DNA of 64,000 bases from Octopus vulgaris. Taxonomy: Eukaryota. The notes beneath the pieces were generated by a model that was given only the letters and a program-made list of their open reading frames with translations, was not told the origin of the DNA and ran no database searches. This document shows, piece after piece, positions 54,088 through 64,000 of the stretch. The position numbers and the translations under genes are program-made. The stretch is from the NCBI GenBank assembly GCA_951406725.2, contig OX597832.1, positions 48,422,001 through 48,486,000 on the forward strand, in the 5' to 3' direction. How positions within the stretch are numbered: position 1 is the stretch's first letter; every line of letters begins with the position of its first letter.

Positions 54088-54706
54088 TATATAGGTAATA
54101 TATGCATGTATATATGCATACACACGTATATATTTGTATGTATATATGTATATACATATGCATGTATATGCATGTTTATATGTATATATATGTATATGTA
54201 TATATATATATATGTATGTATATATATCTATATCTATACATATATATATATATATATATCTATTTATATTTATATATATATATATATATATATGAATATA
54301 TATATGTACATATACATATATATCTACACACACTCACATACACACACACATATATATATGCATGCATATATATGTGCGTATGCATGTATGTGTATACAAG
54401 CACAGAAACATATGCACATAAACGCGCGCGTGCGCGCACACACACATGCACACACACACACACGCACATATATGACCACATCCAAATATATATCAATCTG
54501 AGTCAATTATATATAATTGAGTGTGTATATATATATTTAGGTACACCAAGATACATACACGTTGTATCACACACACAAACGTACATAATATTTTGTGAAC
54601 GGTTATTTTCATTTACGGCGAATCAAAATAGTTGTAACCCGGTTTGGTGCAGAAATATCATAATCTAATCCATGGTTATCGCGTATTTGTCATTGCAATT
54701 CGTGTG

Positions 54707-54750
<44 letters not shown>

Positions 54751-54782
54751 ACATACGTACGTACACACATTTACACACACAC

Positions 54783-54840
<58 letters not shown>

Positions 54841-55042
54841 AGAGTTTAAGAAAAAAAACAAAAGGCGAAGGCAGGTGGTGTACAAGACAAACAGATGTAG
54901 TATAACGCTCAGGAATAGAAAAAGTATTTTATGTTTCGAACCTACGTTCTTCTACAGAGGGACACAGAAAAAACAAGGAGAGTAAATATATATATATATA
55001 TTATTCGAAATGTATAGCATTAAATATTCATCACGGCTGATC

Positions 55043-55131
55043 TAACCAACCGGTTTCGCGTAAAGAATACAATGGAGTATTAGGTAACAATCCGATTATA
55101 CGATTATACACCTTCACGCTCATCAGAGTTA
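55043..55131 (-). ncRNA. Hammerhead motif with long loop II (Penelope-like relic)
   Basis: Minus: taact-CTGATGA-gcgtgaag..ctttacgc-GAAA-ccgg-TT-ggtta. Confidence 0.55.
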
Positions 55132-55201
55132 ACCTGGAACCATGTGGTTGGGAAGCAAGCTTCCTACCACACAACAACTTCTGCACCCATATGTTTATCG
55201 C

Positions 55202-55238
<37 letters not shown>

Positions 55239-55349
55239 AATTTTCGATCTTTTTCGTCGAAAAAATAAAAATAAATGAAAAAATGAAAATATGAGACAAC
55301 AAAGCCAAGGGTGTGTGGAATTTTCAGGACATTTATAAAGAGAAAGTTA

Positions 55350-55397
55350 GTCTTACAACTGTTTCTGGGATATTAGGGCTATCCCTTCATCAGAGAC
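55350..55397 (-). ncRNA. Minimal type I hammerhead motif (Penelope-like relic)
   Basis: Minus: gtct-CTGATGA-a-gggata-gccctaa-tatccc-a-GAAA-cagttg-TA-agac. Confidence 0.65.
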
Positions 55398-55429
55398 GAT
55401 GTGAGATGGTTAAATAGAATGAAATATGT

Positions 55430-55493
<64 letters not shown>

Positions 55494-55496
<3 letters not shown>

Positions 55497-55900
55497 CGCA
55501 GGAGTGGCTGTGTGGTAAGTAGCTTGCTAACCAACCACATGGTTCCGGGTTCAGTCCCACTGCGTGGCACCATGGGCAAGTGTCTTCTGCTATAGCCCCG
55601 GGCCGACCAATGCCTTGTGAGTGGATTTGGTAGACGGAAACTGAAAGAAGCCTGTCGTATATATGTATATATATGTATGTGTGTGTGTTTGTGTGTCTGT
55701 GTTTGTCTCCCTAGCATTGCTTGACAACCGATGCTGGTGTGTTTATGTACCCGTCACTTAGCGGTTCGGCAAAAGAGACCGATCGAATAAGTACTGGGCT
55801 TACAAAAGAATAAGTCCCGGGGTCGAGTTGCTCGATTAAAGGCGGTGCTCCAGCATGGCCGCAGTCAAATGACTGAAACAAGTAAAAGAGTAAAAGAGTA
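55494..55900 (+). mobile_element. SINE family B, full length, young
   Basis: Very similar to 6192-6595; inserted in (TA)n. Confidence 0.92.
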
Positions 55901-56128
55901 ATATATATATATATATATGTGTATACACGCATTGAGTCGAACCAGGGGCAGCTGATGAAGGGGAATATTCCTTGTATTGTTTGTTTTGTACTCTGTTTTT
56001 TCGTTGTTAAAAAAAGTCCGTTTCCTTGTTTGATTTTATGTTTTCGTTTCTCGTTGTGTTCTACGTTTATTTGTGGTGTCCTGTACTCATATATGCATGT
56101 ATATATACATATAGATGTAGGTATGTAC

Positions 56129-56161
<33 letters not shown>

Positions 56162-56207
56162 TGTATGTATGTATGTATGTATGCATATGTTTTATTTATT
56201 AAATTGT

Positions 56208-56240
<33 letters not shown>

Positions 56241-56244
<4 letters not shown>

Positions 56245-56604
56245 TTTTAATGGTACAACAATGCACTATAATAAAAACAACGGGCTATATACCTGTTGTA
56301 ATTTAGTTAACTTAGAAGCAGCGCTACTGATGTACCAATACACACGAGATTGAGACATGGCCGACCTCACGCATTTCTCATGAGGAATTCCGGAAGGAGC
56401 TTCGTGAGACCACTGCTGAGAAGCTTTCAAAAAATAAATAGAAAAGAAAAGACGTTGGAAAACCGATTATAGCAGCGACTCCATCTAAGAATATCTGAAG
56501 AAGGAATATTAACCGAAATATCATATCAGACTATGGATAACTAAATTACAACAGGTATATAGCCCATGGTCTGTATTATAGTGCATTGTTGTACCATTCA
56601 AAAC
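56241..56604 (+). mobile_element. Penelope-like relic: inverted terminal copy bracketing a minimal hammerhead
   Basis: Arms 56241-56309 and 56538-56604 are reverse complements; atat-CTGAAGA-agg..cc-GAAA-ta-TC-atat at 56491-56526. Confidence 0.65.
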
Positions 56605-56750
56605 CTTTTATTCTTTACAAACAATACACAGTGCTTCAAGCGAACTACAGTAAAAGTAGAATTTACATCATCTGTCTCTCTTATCGAACCGCTAAGTTAC
56701 GTGGACGTAAACACACCAACACCCACACACACACATATATATGTATAATT

Positions 56751-56982
56751 AAGGCGGCGAGCTGGCAGAGACGTTAGCGCCCCGGGCGAAATGCTTAGCG
56801 GTATTTCGTCTGACATTACGTTCTGAGTTCAAATTCCGCCGAGCTAGACTTTGCCTTTCATCCTTTCGGGGTCGATAAATAAAGTACCGGTTTCGCACTG
56901 GAGTCGATGTAATCGACTTAATCCATTTGTCTGTCCTTGTTTGTCCCGTCTATATTTAGCCCCTTGTGGGTAGTAAAGAAAT
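56751..56982 (+). mobile_element. SINE family A inserted inside a family B copy
   Basis: Full consensus; minus-strand family B pieces at ~56670-56740 and 56995-57190. Confidence 0.88.
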
Positions 56983-57443
56983 ATATATGTATAATACACA
57001 CACACGCACGCACACTCACACACATATATACGACGGACTTCTTTCAGTTTCCGTCTACTAAATTCACTCACAAGACTATGGTCGGCCCGAGGTTATAGCA
57101 GAAGAGACTTACCTAAGGTGCCACGCATTGGGACTGAACTCAGAACCATGCGTTTGGGAAGCAAGTTTCTTACCACACAGCCAGGCCTGAGTCTGTTCAA
57201 ATTTCATTCTAGAAAATTCTTTGGAAGAAACAAAAGAAGTAACAATCAATCATGCAACAATTTTGGAGGAAGACTAAAAATATAAGAAAAAAAAACTCCC
57301 CTTCCCTCACTACGCCACCAAAGAAGAAAGAATAAAAAGAACGAAAGCGCAAAATATAAACAAATTCTGTTTATCTGTTGTATTGCAAATGGTTGGCGCA
57401 TTCTTGGAGAAATCAATCTTAAATTTTATCTTTCCTTCATCTA

Positions 57444-57524
<81 letters not shown>

Positions 57525-57955
57525 TATATGTATATATATATATGTATATATATATATGTATATATATATGTATATATGTATATGTATATATGTATATATG
57601 CATATGTATATATGTATATGTATGTGTTTGTATGTATGTATATATATATATATATATATATATACATGAATTTGTATATATCTATCTGTATATTTATATA
57701 TTTATAATTGAATGAGGCAGTGTAGGTGTTCTGACACCCTCAGTCATTTTTTATGTCAATTATTGTTTTCTTGTGTGTGTATATATATATCTATATGCGT
57801 ATATATATATCTATATCTATACATATATATGTAATGAGTATTTACACCCTCAGTCATTTTTGGTGTCACTTATTGTTTTCGTCTGTGTGTATATATATAT
57901 ATTTACGTATATATATACATATACACACACACATATATATATATACATACATACA

Positions 57956-58027
<72 letters not shown>

Positions 58028-58034
<7 letters not shown>

Positions 58035-58400
58035 ATTTACAAAAAAAACAACAAAACAAAAGACGAAGACGGGTGTGTAAACAACAAACAAACGTATTAG
58101 TTTAAAGCTCGAGAAGTGAGAAAGTATTTTACATTTCGAGCCCACGCTCTTCGACAGAAAGGGACACAGAAATAAATGGGGAGAGTAAAATAAAAAAAAA
58201 GGTTTAGTGGCTAGCGATCTATTATGGCGAATGCCGGACAGTGGGGTCTCACAGGAGAGCTAGGAAGAAGGGGAGATAATGAAGTAGTGGCCTTCCCAAA
58301 ACGAAGGTGCGCTCGCTAGTGTATGTGAGAGCGTGTATGTGCGTGTGGAAGGAGGCTGGTGACCTTGACGTGTGCGTGTGTACGTGTGTAGGTGTGTGGA
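58028..58400 (-). mobile_element. Family E-related Penelope-like fragment with degenerate hammerhead
   Basis: Minus: CTGTCGA-agagc-gtgg-gctc-GAAA-tg-TA at 58126-58160; homologous to 54838-54985 and 35490-35660. Confidence 0.55.
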
Positions 58401-58869
58401 CGATGGTGTAAATATATTGTACAAGTATTTTACCCGAATTTTACAGCTGGTCAGTTTTTCAATAGAAAGTGATGAGTTGATTCTTGGCCTTTAAAAATGG
58501 CAAAATCAGGTGGCTACTCTAATGGGGCTCTTGATAGAAGAAAAGCTCGTGCTTACATCTATACTGTTGTTCAGTTCTTTCAACAGAATGTGACAAATTG
58601 GTTAATAAAAGTTATTTTTCAAAAAAATTGTCTGGATTTATTATTATCATCATCATCCTTGTCCAATGTTTGATTCCTCGTGCTGGTATGGGTTGGAAAA
58701 TCTGGATGTAAGATTGTCTCTATTTATGTATATGTACATATGTATAGTACTGTGTATGTGTGTGTGTTTAATACAAAATTACAGTTGTATAACTTTAACC
58801 AGTGGCTGGCGATATGAGTGTTTTCGTATATTTTACCCCAGTGTCATCCTGATGGCATGTGCTAGTCTC

Positions 58870-58932
<63 letters not shown>

Positions 58933-58997
58933 GTAATACTAATAATAACAACAACAGCAACAACAACAACAACAATAATAATAATAATAATAATAAT

Positions 58998-59350
58998 ATA
59001 AAAAAATGTGGCATCTCAAGGCGACTACAGTACCAGTGATTGTAGGATCTCTAGGAATGATAAAAAAAGGTACTGAAACTTATTTGAAAATGATTCCAGA
59101 CGTACCATCCCTACAGGAAGTGCAAAAAAATCGTATTAACTGGAACGGCTCATATACTGAGAAGAGCATCATCGCTGTGAAAACAACATCCATTCCATGA
59201 ATTTATTTATTTATTAATTTTCAAATACATATTTTATCTGTGAATTTGCGTGTGTAATCTGGGAATGCATACAATGAGCTTCTCTGCCCTAGGTGTATGG
59301 AAAACACTCGGCGAGAAACGGAAGAAAATTTGAAGAAAGAAGGAAAAAAC
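58998..59350 (+). mobile_element. Dong/R4-type LINE 3' end (second family), in (AAT)n
   Basis: KMWHLKATTVPVIVGSLGMIKKG..LQEVQK / IVLTGTAHILRR (frameshift). Confidence 0.8.
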
Positions 59351-59436
<86 letters not shown>

Positions 59437-59443
<7 letters not shown>

Positions 59444-59652
59444 TATTCAGACAAATACATAACAAAAACACCAGGACTTACAAACACATATAACATACAG
59501 AAAATTGCACTGCTGGGCACTGCACACATCCTACGCAGAACACTTTCCATACAATAACCATCAGAGCATCACAACAAATCACAGCACATACCCAAGGCAC
59601 ACAGAGCTGCGCTCGGTAGTGAAGTGAAAGCACGCTATAAAAAATAAAACTA

Positions 59653-59655
<3 letters not shown>
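59437..59655 (+). mobile_element. Dong/R4-type LINE 3' end, in (AAT)n
   Basis: KKYSDKYITKTPGLTNTYNIQKIALLGTAHILRRTLSIQ*; near-identical to 18631-18868. Confidence 0.85.
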
Positions 59656-59698
<43 letters not shown>

Positions 59699-59722
59699 GT
59701 AATAATAATAATAATAATAATG

Positions 59723-59799
<77 letters not shown>

Positions 59800-60692
59800 C
59801 CTTAAATCCTTAAAAATGTTTTAGCCAGAAGCCTATAATAATAATAATAATAATAATATATTTATACAAAGTAGTCTCGTGATTCTGCCACTTTGATATA
59901 TGGAGATTTTCATATTGGGTAAGAATTGTTGAATGCAAACGAAATTTTCGAATTCTTGACACGTCCAAAAAAATATTTACCGTTTAATATATATATATAT
60001 TTATTTATTTATCCAGAGTGTAAAACGTGTACTATATAACAAATATGATACCTTCTGCGCTTGAAGGTTTCCAGTTGGCCAATTACTGTCTAACTGCGTG
60101 TCCTATGGCGATAGTGATAAGGGACTAACTGTGCTTCCAGGGTAGGATAAGTACCATAAAGTGTTTTGCTCGAATGCACCGGTTTATTAGTTTACTTGAT
60201 GATGGTTATATTTTCTTGCTGGTATATATAGGTGAACCAAATACAAAACCACACAACACACATGTATGTATGTATGTATGTATGTATGTATGTATGTATG
60301 TATGTATGTATGTATGTATGTATGTATGTATGTATGAATGTATGAATGTATGTATGAATGTATGAATGTATGTATGTATGTATGTATGTATGTATGTATG
60401 TATGTATGTATGTATGTATGTATGTATGTATGTATGTATGTATGTATGTGTATGTATAAAGGAAAGCACACATGTCTATGCAGAATATATGAATATATGT
60501 ATGCATGTATGTATTTTCACATATATATATATTTATGGATGTGTTTATGAATGTATGTTATATGTAATCATATGTATACATATTTGGATGCGTGTATGTA
60601 TGTATTCATATATGCATGTACTTTGTATAAATGTTTATTTGAATGTATGTATGTAGTTTGTTTGTATGTATGTATGTATGTATTTATGTATG

Positions 60693-60723
<31 letters not shown>

Positions 60724-60827
60724 GTATGTATGTATGTATGTATGTATGTATAGGTGCAGATTTGTGTTTTACTTTATGTATGTATCCTCATGCATATAGC
60801 TGCATATCTAGACATACTCATATATAT

Positions 60828-61200
60828 TTAAATGATGAACTTCTGGAAAGTTTTACAGATTTTTACAGTTCCAGTGATGGATTGGATCTGTAGTCCTCGA
60901 ATTAGCTTTCTCCTTTCTAGTTTTGAAAGGTCTAACCTCCCAAGATAGGTATTTAGGCAGTGTGTTACATATCCCAGGGCCCCAATAATTACAGGTATGA
61001 ACCTGAACTTGTAATCTGGATAGAGTAACTGCAGATTTCTCAATAGTTCAGCATAGGTGTTATTTTCACTTCAGCTTTATGCTAACATCCACTGGGCAGT
61101 TAATTTGTACAGCTGTGCACAGTTTCTCTTCTCTATCTCATTTTATTTATCATTTTATTGAGATTTTCACTGGAACATTCCACCAGTATTCCTTTTTATA
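60828..61200 (-). mobile_element. REL-type (R4-like) LINE C-terminal fragment
   Basis: LRNLQLLYPDYKFRFIPVIIGALGYVTHCL..LQIQSITGTVKICKTF. Confidence 0.7.
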
Positions 61201-61308
61201 TAGTAGAAACTATGGCTTCTACTATATTGTGGGTTCTTATTTCTTTAATATATAAAGGATTGAGGTAACTCCTCCAGAAGATATAGAGTCAAGATTAACA
61301 GAAGAGTG

Positions 61309-61435
<127 letters not shown>

Positions 61436-61458
61436 TATCATTATTATTATTATTATTC

Positions 61459-61850
61459 GAGTTGGCCGAATGGTTAGCACGTCGGGCGAAATGCTTAGCG
61501 GTATTTCGTCTGCCGTTACGTTCTGAGTTCAAATTCCTCCGAGGTCGACTTTGCATTTCATCCTTTCGGGGGTCGATAAATTAAGTACCTGTTACGCACT
61601 GGGGTCGATATAACCAATTTAATCCGTTTGTCTGTCCTTGTTTGTCCTCTCTGTGTTTAGCTCCTCGTGGGTAGTAAAGAAATAGGTATTTCGTCTGTTT
61701 TATTGTTCTGATTCCAAATTCCGTCGTGGTTGACTTTGCCTTTCATCCTTTCGGGATCGATAAAATAAGTACCAATTGAGTACTAGTGTCGATGTAAGCA
61801 ACTTATTCCCTGAACCGAAGTTGCTGGCCTGGTGCCAAATTTTGATGCCA
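61459..61850 (+). mobile_element. SINE family A dimer
   Basis: Junction aagaaataggtatttcgtctg at ~61678-61697. Confidence 0.85.
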
Positions 61851-62707
61851 TTATTATTATTGTTTCTTAGTTAAGAACACGTTGAACGATACAAAATTTG
61901 GAAATTTAATTTAACCGCCCTCTTACTGCGTCTCTTGTTAGACTGATTAAATTACCTTGTATGATTTGGAATACATAGTAAAGTCACCAATAGTAAATAA
62001 AGCTGCTTCTTCACACACTATTATTCCATCTAATCTCTAACAATCAATGTTGACGCCATTTTGTCTCGTAATATTCACAAATTAAAAAAGAACAAAAAAA
62101 AAAAAGAAAGACGCAGGAGTGAAACTGTAGAAAAAAAGAAAATGTCGGAAAATATCAAACGCAACAAAAAACAGCAACACGTAAATAGAATAAGCGAAAG
62201 CAACACAACGAAAGGCAAAGATTGTGTTGAACTGCCATGGTTTCGTGATTAATGTATTTTGTTGTTACAAAATTTTATTGAGATAACATAACTTGTAAAT
62301 CTAATTTGAACAAAGTTTTTCAAAATAAAACCCTTGGCAAAAATCAAAAATGGAGAGAGAGAGGGTGAGAGAGAGAGAGAGAGAAGAGTTATGTAGTAAT
62401 GTAGATAATGTTACACATTGTAAATCATACAAGTTTACTTTCAATTTCGCTTTTCTGCTTTCTGTCTATCAGTCTTCTGCCTGTCTGTCTGTCTATCTGT
62501 TCACCTTTCTCATCCCCTTTCTCACACCTCTCTCCCCTTCTCACCTTTCTCTTCTTTTCTATGTCGTTTTCCTCTCTTCCTTTTCGTTGTCTCGCTCTTA
62601 TGTGAATTCAGTTATATGCTAGTAACCATATTGGTACAGTGGCGACTGTCTCACATTCCTAGCTGTTGGGCCGTGCGCTCACATATCTCAATCGATTAAT
62701 CAATGTG

Positions 62708-62792
<85 letters not shown>

Positions 62793-62885
62793 TATAGGCC
62801 GCTGGTGGCAAAAGAATTCTACAAAATTTTTTTTTTTTTTTTTTTGCCACCCTATATTGATATATATATATATAATATATATATA

Positions 62886-62936
<51 letters not shown>

Positions 62937-62954
62937 TATATATAAATTTTCAAT

Positions 62955-63162
62955 ATGTGACCGCGTGTGTATCGTTGGCGATTTTCTTTCTCCGTCTTCC
63001 TTTCCTTGGAGTTTTCCTTTTTTCTTTTTTTTCTATATTTCTGACGAAGAGCTCCGCTCGAAACGTTAAATCACTTTCCTTTCCTGAGCGTCCAATAACA
63101 CTATACTTGTTCAACGTCCTCGAGTTGTTGTGTTTTCTCTTTGTTGATGTTTGGATTAACTA
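62955..63162 (+). mobile_element. Family E Penelope-like fragment with minimal hammerhead
   Basis: attt-CTGACGA-a-gagc-tcc-gctc-GAAA-cg-TT-aaat at 63037-63071; in (TA)n. Confidence 0.65.
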
Positions 63163-63211
63163 TATATATATTAACTATATATATATATATATATATTAAC
63201 TATATATATAG

Positions 63212-63410
63212 GAGGTTAGGGCAGCGGACTTGCGGTCGGAGGATCGCGGTTTCGATTCCCAGACCGGGCGTTGTGTGTGTTTATTGAGCGAAAAAACACC
63301 TAAAAGCTCCACGAGGCTCCGGCAGGAGGTGGTGATCCCTGCTGTACTCTTTCACCACTCTAAAGGCGGTGCTCCAGCATGGCCGCAGTCAAATGACTGA
63401 AACAAGTACA
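63212..63410 (+). mobile_element. SINE family D head joined to family B tail
   Basis: tRNA-like head ggttagggcagcggacttgcggtc..gtttcgattccc to 63360, then taaaggcggtgctccagcatggccgcagtc and an A-rich tail. Confidence 0.7.
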
Positions 63411-63459
<49 letters not shown>

Positions 63460-63811
63460 TTAAAAAACAAAGTAAATTTTATCTGTTTCTCCGTTGGCTG
63501 AGATACAAAAACAAACAAGCAAACAACCGAACAACCTTATTTGATTTTCGAACCGTACTGGGTTCTCATCAAATTCATCTGCATGACTTGACCAATTCCA
63601 GAGAAATAAACAGTCAAATTGTTTATATACGTAGCGTACTGTATACTAATTTTGCTTATAGTGGGGCGAACGTATTGTTTTGGAAAATTAAAGTGCGAAC
63701 ATGGAGGAAAATGGGAGTAGAAGCACTGTCTTAGTAATTGGCTAGGACGGGGCCAAGACGCGAAAACGATCAATAGATAAGAATAGTCTCAGATATATTA
63801 CGATAGCGGAT

Positions 63812-64000
63812 ATACTCTTTACTCCTTTACTCTTTTACTTGTTTCAGTCGTTTGACTGCGACCATGCTGGAGCACTGCCTTTAGTCAAGCAAATCGACCA
63901 CAGGACTTATTCTTTGTAAGCATATTACTTATTCTATCAGTCTTCTTTCGCCGAACCGCTAAGTGACGGGGACGTAAACACACCAGCATCGGTTGTCAAG
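63812..64000 (-). mobile_element. SINE family B tail (runs off the window)
   Basis: actcttttacttgtttcagtc ... gcatcggttgtcaag. Confidence 0.85.

Overview
Eukaryotic, AT-rich, extremely microsatellite-dense DNA ((TA)n, (AAT)n, (TATG)n, (TATC)n, (CA)n, (GAA)n, CAC/CAA mosaics). The tRNA-headed SINE families and repeat landscape suggest an octopod cephalopod (Octopus-like); this is inference, not a database result. I found no convincing host protein-coding exon, and almost all ORFs in the supplied track are microsatellite or SINE artefacts, so the window looks like a large intron or gene desert. It is built from four SINE families (labelled A-D here), 3' ends of Dong/R4-type (REL endonuclease) LINEs sitting in (AAT)n, an RTE LINE 3' end, internally deleted Tigger/pogo and Tc1/mariner DNA transposons, MITE-like relics, and many Penelope-like remnants carrying minimal hammerhead ribozyme motifs next to (TA)n. 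Most notable: (1) a non-coding ~363-bp unit in tandem and inverted copies at 4981-6048, each with a hammerhead whose core has a compensatory U3-A8 pair, predicted to release a 363-nt retrozyme-like monomer; (2) a 5S rRNA-SINE chimera inserted as one unit with a 17-bp target-site duplication; (3) SINE-A concatemers with a fixed hairpin-forming junction, bracketed by single TSDs; (4) a U6 retrocopy abutting a SINE. All alignments were made by eye and coordinates of degenerate relics are approximate.
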